Shown here piece by piece: positions 51,544 through 61,567 of a stretch of 64,000 nt of DNA (position 1 is its first letter; every line of letters starts with the position of its first letter). Both the position numbers and the translations under genes were made by a program. Source of the stretch: Methanobacteriota archaeon (GTDB lineage: Archaea > Halobacteriota > Bog-38 > Methanoflorentales > Methanoflorentaceae). The notes beneath the pieces were generated by a model. The model ran no database searches. It was not told the origin of the DNA and saw only the letters and a program-made list of their open reading frames with translations. Location of the stretch: positions 320,001 to 384,000 of the forward strand of contig CAVRAO010000002.1 of NCBI GenBank assembly GCA_963719035.1, written 5' to 3'.

Positions 51544-52008
51544 ATGGTCAATACTAAAAGCATTTTAATCGTTGACGACGACGAGACGATCTTAGCAGTC
51601 TTGAAAGAGATTTTAGAGCTAGACGGCTACACAGTTGAAACCGCGGCAACCGGCAAAGAAGCTATAGAAAAATCAGAAAATTTCTTTTTTGACTTATCGA
51701 TGCTGGACATAAAGCTTCCCGACATGGAGGGCACAGAGTTGATAACAAAACTGCACAAAGCAAATCCACAAATGATCAAAATAATCATAACTGGATTTCC
51801 GAGCTTCGACAATGCAGTAAAGTCTCTCAACCTCGGAGCAGATGCATACATCACGAAGCCTGTCAATTCTAAAGAGCTGCTTGAACTTGTCGGAGAAAAG
51901 ATAAGAGAGCAGCAAGCGGCGAGTCAAATAGACGAGGACCGGGTTTCAGACTGGGTAGACGGCAAGATTCGCCAAATTGAACAAGAACAACAAGAGCGTC
52001 AGAGTTAA
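51544..52008 (+). CDS. Stand-alone response regulator receiver
   Basis: ILIVDDD, LDIKLPDMEG, ITG, YITKP. Confidence 0.93.
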   Translation: MVNTKSILIVDDDETILAVLKEILELDGYTVETAATGKEAIEKSENFFFDLSMLDIKLPDMEGTELITKLHKANPQMIKIIITGFPSFDNAVKSLNLGADAYITKPVNSKELLELVGEKIREQQAASQIDEDRVSDWVDGKIRQIEQEQQERQS

Positions 52009-52130
52009 GAGCTGAGCTTACCTTGCGCTCGATTACAGAAATCGCCGAAAAAAGTGGCACCATACTTTTACTGCCATTGCACTTAGAAAAAAATCGTCTC
52101 GAAATGTCAATTCACGACGACTGCAGAGAT

Positions 52131-52853
52131 ATGGCGATTGAAGACCCCGATAAGCGATCACCACGAGAAAAAGAGATCGAAAAACTGATCGTTGCTTTAT
52201 CGGAAGCTCAGAGCCAAAAATCAAGGATAGCTGCAGCAAAGGCACTCTGTGAAATTGGAGGTATCGCGATTACTCGCCTAATCTCGACGCTCAATCAAGC
52301 AAGATGGGAAGTGCGCAGCAGCGCCGTTTTAGCGCTTGCAAAGGCAGGACAACCCGCAACGCAAGCGTTCCAAGCTGCTTTACAAGATGAAGATTGGTTC
52401 GTGCGGGCGACAGCAGCGAAATCGCTAGGTCAAGTCAAAGATCCTCAGGCTATTAAAAATCTTGTTAACGTTTTAGGTGACAGAGAATGGTTCGTTCGTA
52501 AGCGCGCTGCAGAAGCGTTGAGCAAAATTGGGGAGCCTGCGATTGAGCCGCTGATCGACGCGCTAAAAGATCGAAATGGACTCGTCCGTGAGCGCGCTGC
52601 AGAAGCGTTGAGCAAAATTGGGGAGCCTGCGATTGAGCCGCTGATCGACGCGTTAAAAGATCGAAATGGACTCGTCCGTGAGCGCGCTGCGGAGGTCTTA
52701 GGGGAGATAGGCAACGAAAAAAGCGTAAGACCGTTGCTCGAGACTTTCCACGACGAAGAGCTGTACGTGAGAGCTAGAGCGGTGCTAGCGTTTGAAAAAG
52801 TGAAAACACGAAGTGTTAAAAGAGGTTTACCATCAGGTAGAAAGAAGCAGTAG
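52131..52853 (+). CDS. HEAT/PBS-lyase repeat protein (start uncertain)
   Basis: Repeated VR..AA..L..IG...AI.PLI.ALKD units. Confidence 0.88.
   Translation: MAIEDPDKRSPREKEIEKLIVALSEAQSQKSRIAAAKALCEIGGIAITRLISTLNQARWEVRSSAVLALAKAGQPATQAFQAALQDEDWFVRATAAKSLGQVKDPQAIKNLVNVLGDREWFVRKRAAEALSKIGEPAIEPLIDALKDRNGLVRERAAEALSKIGEPAIEPLIDALKDRNGLVRERAAEVLGEIGNEKSVRPLLETFHDEELYVRARAVLAFEKVKTRSVKRGLPSGRKKQ
52501..52690 (+). repeat. 90-bp tandem duplication within HEAT gene
   Basis: 52501-52590 and 52591-52680 differ at one base; a further 10 bp continue. Confidence 0.95.
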
Positions 52854-52953
52854 TATTTTCAAGTTAAAACATCCTAAGCTGTAGCTTCGACACGACATAG
52901 ATCTGCACGTTAATAACCCCTCACACCGCAAAAGATCCATTTTTAGCTCAACT

Positions 52954-53526
52954 CTAAGAATCAAGAAGCTGTAAAAAGTACTTGTGAAATCTCAAGTCAT
53001 CGCTCAATTCCGGATGGAATGACAGAGCTAATTTATTTCCTTGTTGCGCAGCAACACTATATTCCTTGAAGCGAGCTAAAACATCTATTCCTTTTCCGAC
53101 TTGCTTAATCGCAGGAGCTCGAATAAATATGGCGTTAAACGTAGAGTTAAAACCTTTTATTTCTAAAGGAAGCTCAAAAGACTCAGCTTGCCTTCCAAAT
53201 GCATTTCTTTTTACCTGCATATCCATAAGCCCCAAGCCCTCTACGTCCTCATCTTGATAGTTAGATAGGATGATTAATCCAGCGCACGTTCCCATCATTG
53301 GAATGTGCCGATTCTTAAGCATCTCTTTATCAAGTCCTTCAAAACGCAAGAGCCTAGAAATTGTTGTACTTTCGCCACCTGGAATGACTAAACCGTCACA
53401 ATTCTGAATGATTCCCTTCTTTTTTATCCGGACTATTTTGTAGTTCAAACCTCGTGAGACTTTTTCTAACGCCGCTATATGTTCAGAAACTGCTCCTTGA
53501 ATAGCAATTACTCCGATTGTTAGCAT
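52954..53526 (-). CDS. pdxT: PLP synthase glutaminase subunit
   Basis: AIQGAVSEH, PGGESTT, GTCAGLI, RNAFGRQ, FHPEL. Confidence 0.95.
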   Translation of the reverse strand: MLTIGVIAIQGAVSEHIAALEKVSRGLNYKIVRIKKKGIIQNCDGLVIPGGESTTISRLLRFEGLDKEMLKNRHIPMMGTCAGLIILSNYQDEDVEGLGLMDMQVKRNAFGRQAESFELPLEIKGFNSTFNAIFIRAPAIKQVGKGIDVLARFKEYSVAAQQGNKLALSFHPELSDDLRFHKYFLQLLDS

Positions 53527-53816
53527 TGAGTGATTCCTTCTTGATGCCCCAAATGGCCACAGATTTTTGCTCGGCCATTCGTCTCGCAATACGTAAAGCG
53601 GTTTATGATATCAAAACATACAGCAGCTAGCGCGTTTTCACACTGATAATCTGCAGTGACTAGCTGACGCCCAATAACATATAAAAGATAGCATGCAACA
53701 GCGCAGTTTCAACTCAATCAGAACTCTAATGACTAACGCACTCCCGCCTCCCCTAAACCCCAAACGTCCAAAGCGATAGTTATATATTAAAAAATGTTTT
53801 ACGTTTTACGTAATAA

Positions 53817-54710
53817 ATGGCCAAAGATAAGATTTTCAACATTAGAGTCTCAGAAGAGGATTATATCAAGCTAAAAAACCTTGGCAGTGTAAGAGCCCGC
53901 GAAATTTTGCTTGATGCAGTCAACTACGAACTTTTTGAACAGGTTCCGAAAAGTGAGATGGGGAAACTCGTCTATAAGTATGACGAGTTAGATGCCTCTT
54001 TGACCAATCTTGAGCAGAAGCTAGGCGTCATCGAACAAAAGGCCCTTTCGAAGTTGATTGATGACGAATATGCTCGAACAGCACTCAGCGATTTTGAAGA
54101 TCTTTTTCAACGAGTTGATCGCTCTGTCAAAAAACTAAATAAAGAGAGGTTCGAGCTCCTAAAAATGAGAAGGGAGGGGACACGGTACCTTTACTTCGGC
54201 GTCAGAGAGCTTGCAGGTAAACATCGACTGAGCGAACCGCTCGACCGCACCGACGCTGAACTTTATAACGAGTTAGCTTCGAAGCAGTTGATTGACAACA
54301 AAGAAAAATACAAAAAAAGCATAAGTGAACTTGTCAAAGGCATTCAGGACAAGATCAAAGAAGAAGAGCTCCTCTTAGATTCCCTAAGAGCGATGAGCCC
54401 TTACATTATCATGCAAGAGAATGTTCACGGTCAAATTGACAATTTGAAAGAAGAGATGAAAGATGTCATTTTCATTATCGAGCATATAAAAGCCCTCGAG
54501 AAAAAATATGTCAGCAACTTCTTAGAGAGTTTAAGGTTTAGCAGGGGTGACGAAGAGCCTTTAGCCTCTAAGCTCTTGGATAACGAAGACTATTGGGAAC
54601 GTTTCCATAACTCAGACCTTTCCCTCTATGACAAGTTCGAGAAGTACCTTATCTGTTGCGGAGTCGATCAGACTAGAGCTAAAGCAATAGTCAAAAAACA
54701 TATGACGTAA
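53817..54710 (+). CDS. Hypothetical protein: N-terminal RHH-like motif plus coiled coil
   Basis: 297 aa ORF; KIFNIRVSEEDYIKLK; E/K/L-rich helical body; TATA ~30 bp upstream. Confidence 0.7.
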   Translation: MAKDKIFNIRVSEEDYIKLKNLGSVRAREILLDAVNYELFEQVPKSEMGKLVYKYDELDASLTNLEQKLGVIEQKALSKLIDDEYARTALSDFEDLFQRVDRSVKKLNKERFELLKMRREGTRYLYFGVRELAGKHRLSEPLDRTDAELYNELASKQLIDNKEKYKKSISELVKGIQDKIKEEELLLDSLRAMSPYIIMQENVHGQIDNLKEEMKDVIFIIEHIKALEKKYVSNFLESLRFSRGDEEPLASKLLDNEDYWERFHNSDLSLYDKFEKYLICCGVDQTRAKAIVKKHMT

Positions 54711-54764
54711 TCCTGCGTCATTCACTTGACTTTAAATCACAAGCTAGTAAAAAAACACAACTAG

Positions 54765-54849
54765 TGGACTCGACGGGAATCGAACCCGTGGCATCCACGT
54801 ATTTCTCCTGAGATGCGAACGTGGCACTCTACCCCTGAGTTACGAGCCC
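54765..54849 (-). tRNA. tRNA-Ala(CGC) with 13-nt intron at 37/38 (54801-54813)
   Basis: GGGCTCG/CGAGTCC-A acceptor with G3:U70; CCACG-TT-CGC-A[intron]A-CGTGG; GGTTCGATTCC. Confidence 0.92.
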
Positions 54850-54885
54850 TTACACCTGCAACTGATGTCGCACTTTAAATAATTT

Positions 54886-54927
54886 GGGACTTTCAGTTAG
54901 GTAAGCGGGACTTTCAGTTAGGTAAGC
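54886..54927. repeat. Perfect 21-bp tandem duplication
   Basis: GGGACTTTCAGTTAGGTAAGC twice. Confidence 0.95.
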
Positions 54928-54980
54928 AAGAAAACCCTCAATACACTGCTACTCTTGCAACGGAGTTAAAAAAGGCTGGA

Positions 54981-55979
54981 TCAGAATAAGATCTCAATAT
55001 CCAGTTCTTCTGCCAGTTCCTTGTAGCGGTTCCTTATCGTCACTTCAGTTACGCCAGCAACGTCAGCAACCTCTCGTTGCGTTCTCCTGTCACCACAAAT
55101 AACTGAAGCTATATAGATGGCCGCTGCAGCGACTCCCGTAGGACCTCTTCCGCTTGTCAACTCCTTTTCCGCAGCTTGCCTCAAGATTTCGACAGCTTTG
55201 GATTGGACCTCGCCCTTGAGTTTAAGACCTGAACAGAATCTCGGCACGTAGTCTATGGGTGACGTTGGAGTCAGTTTTAGATCTAGCTCACGTGAAATAA
55301 ATCTGTAAGTCCTGCCGATCTCTTTTCGACTTACTCTCGAAACCTCTGCAATTTCATCGAGAGTTCTTGGAACTGAACATTGACGACAAGCAGCGTATAA
55401 CGCGGCCGCTGCAACGCCTTCAATACTCCTTCCTCGAATAAGATTTTTATCGACTGCTTTGCGGTAAACAACGGCAGCAGTTTCCCGTACGTTTCTTGAT
55501 AACCCGAGCGCTGATGCCATTCGGTCAAGCTCAGATAAAGCAAATGCCAGATTTCGTTCTGTTGCGTTTGAAACACGGATTCGCCTTTGCCATTTGCGCA
55601 ACCTATATAATTGTGCTCTATTCTTCGACGAAATAGACCGGCCATATGAATCTCTATTTCGCCAGTCTATCATTGTTGATAATCCCTTGTCGTGAATAGT
55701 GTAGGTCATAGGAGCGCCTACGCGGCTCCTTTTCATTCGTTGATCGTGATCAAATGCTCTCCATTCTGGACCCATGTCCATAAAGTCTTCATCAATAACT
55801 AGCCCACATTTATCGCAGACAAGTTCCGCCCTTTCATAGTCTTGGACTAGCTGTCGTGAGCCGCATTCGGGACAAACAGCTTTCGATTCCTCATATTCTC
55901 CAAGCTCTTTTTGGCGCTCTTTTGCTACTTCCCGCGCTTTTGTGCGCTCTATTATTCTTTCCTTTTCCACTTCAACCAT
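54981..55979 (-). CDS. tfb: Transcription initiation factor IIB
   Basis: CPECG..CDKCG ribbon, GPEWRAF, two cyclin repeats, TEVTIRNRY. Confidence 0.97.
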   Translation of the reverse strand: MVEVEKERIIERTKAREVAKERQKELGEYEESKAVCPECGSRQLVQDYERAELVCDKCGLVIDEDFMDMGPEWRAFDHDQRMKRSRVGAPMTYTIHDKGLSTMIDWRNRDSYGRSISSKNRAQLYRLRKWQRRIRVSNATERNLAFALSELDRMASALGLSRNVRETAAVVYRKAVDKNLIRGRSIEGVAAAALYAACRQCSVPRTLDEIAEVSRVSRKEIGRTYRFISRELDLKLTPTSPIDYVPRFCSGLKLKGEVQSKAVEILRQAAEKELTSGRGPTGVAAAAIYIASVICGDRRTQREVADVAGVTEVTIRNRYKELAEELDIEILF

Positions 55980-55994
55980 AATTCACCTTTGAGC

Positions 55995-56225
55995 TCAGAC
56001 GTAAACCTTTTCTCCAAGCAATTGTTGCAAGTCAGCAGGAGTAAGTTTTTTAGATGGCTTCACTGATATATAGGGTGATATTACTGGACCAAATACGTCA
56101 TGTACCTTGCCAATTTTTTTCATTCGCTTCGTTAATACCGCAGAATTAATCTTTGGAAACAAAGCCGCTCTAAGAATAATGTAGTCGTGATTCGAAACGT
56201 GAAGCACAATGCCTAACTTTCTCAA
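55995..56225 (-). CDS. gar1: H/ACA RNP protein Gar1
   Basis: LG.VLH, IGKVHDVFGPV..PY; directly upstream of tfb. Confidence 0.88.
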   Translation of the reverse strand: MRKLGIVLHVSNHDYIILRAALFPKINSAVLTKRMKKIGKVHDVFGPVISPYISVKPSKKLTPADLQQLLGEKVYV

Positions 56226-56288
56226 CCCTGACCTCAAGCGTTACATATATATATAGTTTCTGAAACTATTTAAAATTTTGGGAAAAAC

Positions 56289-56927
56289 TTATAAAATTTC
56301 ATTGAGAAGCGATTCTGCATTTTGATTGGTTGCTCTCTGCGCTTCTTCCTCGCTTAGACCAGCGCCTTTTGCAATTCTTATTGCGTCATCAGTCCCAATG
56401 AGCTCAGTCCCGTGACAATCGGTGTTTACCAACATTTTCGCGGCGATTTTTGCTACGTGTCCATTAGTAACGTTGTGACCACATCGTGCTGTGAGCTCGA
56501 GATAGATGCCGTTTTGACGTGCAAGCTCTGCATCTTCCTGACTAACAAAACCTGGATGTGCAATGATATTAACGTCAGCAAGAGCGGCGGCTGCTTTGTT
56601 TGTTCCAGGCGCTACCGGCTCCACAATTGTCTCACCATGTACGATGATAAGTTGCGCGCCTAACGCCTTAGCCTTCCGAACAAGCTTTGGAATTTTTTCA
56701 GGAACAACATGAGTGATTTCCGCTCCAACAAGCACTTCAATGCCGCTAGACCCCTCAGCTGCCCGCTTTGTCGAGCGTATCACTGAATCTATGTTAGAAA
56801 AGTCAACGTGATCTGTTATCGCTATTGCTTCATGATCTGCGACATATGCCCGCCGTATTAGTTCACTTGGAAGAAGCACACCATCGCTCAAAATGGTGTG
56901 CGTATGAAACTCTATTCGTTTAGTCAT
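56289..56927 (-). CDS. PHP domain protein (histidinol phosphatase-like)
   Basis: HTHTILSDG, ITDH, HGETIVEPV, AHPG, NTDCH. Confidence 0.9.
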   Translation of the reverse strand: MTKRIEFHTHTILSDGVLLPSELIRRAYVADHEAIAITDHVDFSNIDSVIRSTKRAAEGSSGIEVLVGAEITHVVPEKIPKLVRKAKALGAQLIIVHGETIVEPVAPGTNKAAAALADVNIIAHPGFVSQEDAELARQNGIYLELTARCGHNVTNGHVAKIAAKMLVNTDCHGTELIGTDDAIRIAKGAGLSEEEAQRATNQNAESLLNEIL

Positions 56928-56931
56928 GCAC

Positions 56932-57228
56932 TTAAGAGTCGTGCTGGGCTCGCATTGATTTTATTCTGCGCGCAATTTGCCTCATCGCATCTCGCTTACT
57001 ATCATCTAAGTCTATGAGCACCCGGCCTTTATACTCCCACCAAGACTTTGGGTACATCTTTTCATCTTCACAAGTCGGATTTAGTCCCAATTCCTTAGCT
57101 GCTCGCATGATTTCGTCTATGCCAGGCGCTCCTATTGAATCTTTCTTTGCTAGGATTCGGCCCTCTTTGCGCGTTTTATGCGCGTCCATGTATATGGGCC
57201 AAACAATTCTTTTTGAGTTCTTCGCCAT
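56932..57228 (-). CDS. srp19: Signal recognition particle protein SRP19
   Basis: VWP.YMD..KTRKEGR, YPKSWW..GRV. Confidence 0.93.
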   Translation of the reverse strand: MAKNSKRIVWPIYMDAHKTRKEGRILAKKDSIGAPGIDEIMRAAKELGLNPTCEDEKMYPKSWWEYKGRVLIDLDDSKRDAMRQIARRIKSMRAQHDS

Positions 57229-57288
57229 CGTATAATAGCCATCAATATAGTAGATATTTTAATATTGTCAAACCAGCCATTAAAACCT

Positions 57289-57948
57289 ATGCACAGGGTT
57301 GAGATAGAGGTGGGCCGCGATGTCCTTAAACGTAACAAAGAAGAAGCGACTAAAAACCTAGAGGTGTTAAGACAACACAACATTAAAGCATTCGATATCC
57401 TAGGATCAATCGGCTCAGGAAAGACGTCTATCATAGAAAAGGTCGTGCCGATATTACAGCATGAAGGGTGTCAAATTGGAGCAATTGCTGGTGATGTCGT
57501 CGGTGAAGATGATTTTCTTCGAATGAAAGCGCTGCACATTCCGGTGATTAACCTAAACACCGGAACAGAATGTCACCTCGATGCGCACATCGTCGGACAC
57601 GCTTTAACTAAATTGCCTCTCAAAGAATTGGACCTGCTTTTTATCGAGAACGTTGGTAATATGGTATGTCCAACAGATTTTGAACTTGGCACAGATGCAA
57701 GAATCGTCGTTGTAAGCGTCACCGAGGGAGATGACGTAGTGAATAAACACCCCATGATCTTTAGAGTAAGCGATATCGGAATTGTCAACAAGATCGACTT
57801 AGCTGAGGCAGTTGGAGCAAGCGTGACACGTATGCGTAGCGATATGAAGCGAATTGCCCCTCAAGTTGAACAGATACTAATGAGCGTTAGAACTGGACAG
57901 GGTATAAGAGAATTTGTCGACGATCTGCACAAATATATAATTTCTTAA
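57289..57948 (+). CDS. hypB: Hydrogenase nickel incorporation GTPase
   Basis: GSIGSGKT, ECHLDAH, ENVGNMVCP, SVTEGDD, NKID. Confidence 0.93.
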   Translation: MHRVEIEVGRDVLKRNKEEATKNLEVLRQHNIKAFDILGSIGSGKTSIIEKVVPILQHEGCQIGAIAGDVVGEDDFLRMKALHIPVINLNTGTECHLDAHIVGHALTKLPLKELDLLFIENVGNMVCPTDFELGTDARIVVVSVTEGDDVVNKHPMIFRVSDIGIVNKIDLAEAVGASVTRMRSDMKRIAPQVEQILMSVRTGQGIREFVDDLHKYIIS

Positions 57949-57954
57949 TACAAC

Positions 57955-58347
57955 TCACAGGGACTGTTCTTCGGCGACTAGAACGGCGTTAATGGATCCA
58001 TCTTGACCTGGCCTACTAGTAACCTTCGCCTTGCCTACTGTTGTTTGAATAATCGCACCTTTTGTTATGATGTTACGTCTGACGTAGTTTCTATTAGCAG
58101 CATTAAGTTCGACGGTTTCGATATCTGCGATACTTGTTTTGCCCGTCAAACCATCGGTCACATTAGCATGAGAACCTTTGTAAAGCCGTGTCTTTGAGTT
58201 ACTACCGAACCCAAAGATTTGCTTCTTTCTCGTTTCTCCAAGCTGAGTAAGCGTCGACTCTCTACCCATCTCGTGTTTTTTCTTACTAACAGAGTGCTTA
58301 ATTCTGCCCCCTGTACTGCGGCGCACGGACTTTCCTTGCCACTTCAT
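57955..58347 (-). CDS. rps8e: 30S ribosomal protein S8e
   Basis: WQGKS.R..TGG, RRNIITKGAII, TSRPGQDG. Confidence 0.96.
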   Translation of the reverse strand: MKWQGKSVRRSTGGRIKHSVSKKKHEMGRESTLTQLGETRKKQIFGFGSNSKTRLYKGSHANVTDGLTGKTSIADIETVELNAANRNYVRRNIITKGAIIQTTVGKAKVTSRPGQDGSINAVLVAEEQSL

Positions 58348-58634
58348 ATGTAAACAACCTGACTTGAATGATTGATAAGGGTTCTTATAAGAGATTTCTT
58401 ATTTCAAGCTTTCTGTGACTTCAAAAGGTTGATTAGCTACAACACTACAGGTGAAAAGCTTCGCCAAACGTGATTGATCTTGCAGGTTGTTTCGTTATTC
58501 AACTCCGCTTTCAAACCCCTGTCGCGTGCTATAACCTAATAACACCCCTGGTTGGTGGTGACAACCAACTCAATCTCACTTTCATAAAAGAAGAATTCAG
58601 CGGTGTTTTTAGCCGCTTAAGCGCAATTTTTTTT

Positions 58635-59603
58635 CTATGTGGGCACTGAGAGATTTCTTCGGCTCAACAACACAAATTCCGCTACGAGGGCTTCGAGTTG
58701 GATCGTCTCGTTAGCGCCCTCGCTAAGTCTGAAATCAGTCTCTCCAACACTGTTTATAAACTGAGCTTTTAACTGATCAGGGATGTTAAGATCTAAGAGT
58801 GCTTTGTGGATTTGCGCGACTATTTCCGTACCAGAAAGGCCTTGTTCTATAAGAAGCGAGTCCAACGACGACAGGGCGCTTGAGAGCTTGCCCTCAATGG
58901 ATGCGGTTAGAAGGTCTTCGATAGCTTGTGGATTGGCGATTGCAGTTATTTGATAGATCATTTCCCGATCGATCTCTTTTCTTGTGGAAGCTGCAGACTG
59001 TAATGTATTTATCGCGCGACGTAGATCTCCACCGGCTGCATAACTGATGGCTTTCAAAGCTTCATCGCTTATAGCGACGTGCTCTTCTTTAGATATGTAT
59101 CGTAGCTGTGATTGCACATCGTTCGGATCGAGGGGTGTAAATCTATAAACGGCGCATCTGGACTGTATTGGTTCAATGATTTTATTGGAATAGTTACACG
59201 ACAAGATGAATCTACACGACATGCTGTAACTTTCCATTGTTCGCCTCAAAGCCGACTGTGCGTCTGGCGTGAGCGAATCAGCCTCATCCAAGAAAATAAT
59301 TTTGAAAGGAGCATTCACGGGAGCTGTTCTGGCAAAATTTTTAATTTTGTTACGAACAACTTCTATACCTCGTTCATCAGAAGCATTTAGTTCAGTGAAA
59401 TTGCTTTGCCATTCACCTTCGTAAAGTTCGTGAGCCAAAGCGATTGCTGCGCTGGTTTTTCCCGTCCCCGCAGCCCCTGCAAACATTAAATGCGGCAGGT
59501 TCTTTAGTTTAACATAGGCTTCAAGTCTCTTCACGACGTGATCTTGTCCAATAACTTGTTTGAGCTTACGAGGACGGTATTTCTCAATCCATATTTCTTC
59601 TAT
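58635..59603 (-). CDS. rfcS: Replication factor C small subunit, probable ATA start
   Basis: (M)EEIWIEKYRP upstream of track start; GTGKT, ELNASDERG, DEAD, SRC. Confidence 0.95.
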   Translation of the reverse strand: MEEIWIEKYRPRKLKQVIGQDHVVKRLEAYVKLKNLPHLMFAGAAGTGKTSAAIALAHELYEGEWQSNFTELNASDERGIEVVRNKIKNFARTAPVNAPFKIIFLDEADSLTPDAQSALRRTMESYSMSCRFILSCNYSNKIIEPIQSRCAVYRFTPLDPNDVQSQLRYISKEEHVAISDEALKAISYAAGGDLRRAINTLQSAASTRKEIDREMIYQITAIANPQAIEDLLTASIEGKLSSALSSLDSLLIEQGLSGTEIVAQIHKALLDLNIPDQLKAQFINSVGETDFRLSEGANETIQLEALVAEFVLLSRRNLSVPT

Positions 59604-59623
59604 ATCGATCGCCTCTATTCCCG

Positions 59624-60025
59624 CTACGACTTGTCAGAGGGCACAGCGCAATAACGCATTTGGCTAATAATCTGCGATTGCTGGCTCATAAAATCAGCAA
59701 TATCGAAAATCCCGGTGACATCAACAACCCCAATGGCGGCTATTGCGGAACCTGCGCTATCTCGAATTGGGGCGACAATAACCGGCACATTTGCGTAGTC
59801 CCCCACCTCAGGTCGCGTCTTTATCACTTGGTTCTCAACGAGTACTCTCTCGAGTATCGGCCCAGTATAGCTCCGACTTTTTACTGCGCCTTCTTCAACT
59901 TGGACGCCAAGATTGTTCCTGCTGCGTACAGTTACTGGCAAACCACTTAATACAGCGTGAACCGCTAGTGCAATCGGGACCAAATCGCCGCTCGTGCTGT
60001 CTGCGGTAAGCTTAAATTCTTCCAC
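59624..60025 (-). CDS. DUF2111 protein
   Basis: LPVTVRS, YTGPILE, PVIVAPI, AAIGVVD. Confidence 0.8.
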   Translation of the reverse strand: MEEFKLTADSTSGDLVPIALAVHAVLSGLPVTVRSRNNLGVQVEEGAVKSRSYTGPILERVLVENQVIKTRPEVGDYANVPVIVAPIRDSAGSAIAAIGVVDVTGIFDIADFMSQQSQIISQMRYCAVPSDKS

Positions 60026-60226
60026 TACACTCCCCTCATTTTACACAACCGCTACAACAAATAAAGGATTGATGGTGCAACAATTGTAAGTTTATGCGCG
60101 AAGGCGCGATTTTTATCTCTTCTGTAACAAATGACGCCCTAGACCATCCGTTTTTAGTCTTTTTATTTCATTTCCAAAAACGTGATTGAGTCCCAGTAAT
60201 CTTCCCTGGTGTTCTCCTTTCGTTAG

Positions 60227-61343
60227 TCATTCCACGCGTTCAAACCTGTCCTCAAGCCTCCTGAGCACTTTAGGGAGCGTCGTATACTCCATATCCTGAA
60301 GTGGGAGCCGATGTGGTTCAAAAGGTCCGTGTCGCCTCATGTAGTTCGCAATCACATTTGCCTCATCGCGCGCTGCGTCATATCCAGGATCGTTGAATAG
60401 GTCCACAGGGCCAACAAACTTCCCGTTGGCTATCTGAAATCCAGCTGCGACAACACGCGGAGGACCATCAAAGCGAGTGCACTTAGCGTTTTCAAAGGCG
60501 ACTGGCATGACCGGGCCATTATGACTGCCTCGCATCCATCCACTAACAAGGTGAGGGAACGTCCATGGCTCGATAACCTCGCCGAGGGCTGGCAATCCAG
60601 ACTGAGACCGCACGAGCGCTACTGGGTCGTCCTTACCTACGTATTCGCCTGCGATTTCATACAGCTTCTCGGTACTTACAGCTGCGACTGGCTCGTCGGA
60701 CGGCAATTTGCCTCCCTCTTTTGGAAACACCCGCTTTATGACGTATCTACTTTTGGCGCCGATAAGGGCCAACATGTCATACATCTCGGCGGGACAATCC
60801 ATAAAGACGCGCATATGGTCTCTAATGTCCCATATCTCGAACGTGAAACCACCGTGCATGCTTGGATCAATCACCAATCCGGCCGTGTTGAACGGGTCAG
60901 CAAACATCTTAAAAACCGGAAGATTGAAAGCACCAGGTTCGGTCTTGTCCATCATGAATGCGACAAGGGGCTCTCCTATTCGTTCTGTGAACTCAATTTC
61001 CGTGGCACCTGGGCCCATTCCGCGTATGTTTCCTGAAAACGAGTCCTTCAACATGTCTTGGCCCGCGCCATATAGCTTCAAGACCTTAGCAACTGCCGTG
61101 CACTCAGTAAAGATCTTCCAAGCGAGTCCGTGGATTTCTGGGTCGTTATCGCCTTTGGCGTGCCCCATAAGGAGCTCGAGGTCATCGCCACACGCCATAA
61201 CCCTGAAATCAGCAACCAAGCCGGTCTGCATTGCTTCGCTGAGAAGCTCTTCTGCTTTTTCGCAGAGCTGAGGGTGTACAGGTCGCGTGTCCTGGAAACC
61301 CGCCAACATCTGCTTTTATTAAACTTATTGTTACCTTAGTCAT
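60227..61343 (-). CDS. fbp: Bifunctional fructose-1,6-bisphosphate aldolase/phosphatase (class V), one frameshift
   Basis: MTKVTISLIKADVGGFPGH from 61343, extra base at ~61281, then GDD, LYGAGQD, DKTEPGAFN, YVGKDDP, GWMRGSH. Confidence 0.93.
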
Positions 61344-61567
61344 ACCTGACCACCGATACTGATCTAAATTACTCAGTTATGCTAAATACTCATCGGCATA
61401 TTTAAGATTCGCGAAAATAAAAGTGGTTTGTTATTCGTCTGAAGCGCCTTAGTGTAGGCAAGGAAAGGTTTAAATTAAGGTAACCTATATAAGGAACGGT
61501 GAGGTTTGCCTATCTCTAATTGTAAAAAAGTTGTTAATAAGTTAGAGGACTGTATCGAACTATTTAG

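Noticed and set aside
52577-52674. TGGACTCG matching the tRNA-Ala 3' end as a possible att site
   Set aside because: Only 8 bp, inside HEAT coding repeats; expected by chance
54886-54927. Possible CRISPR repeat
   Set aside because: Two copies with no spacer and no cas genes
57243-57267. CAATAT-N13-ATATTG inverted repeat before hypB as a NikR site
   Set aside because: AT-rich promoter context and poor match to known NikR operators
58348-58634. SRP (7S) RNA near srp19/rps8e
   Set aside because: AT-rich with only short hairpins; no helix 8 motif seen
60521-61271. Long antisense ORFs (171 and 187 aa) and similar shadow ORFs across the window
   Set aside because: They lie opposite or within well-supported conserved genes and carry no motifs
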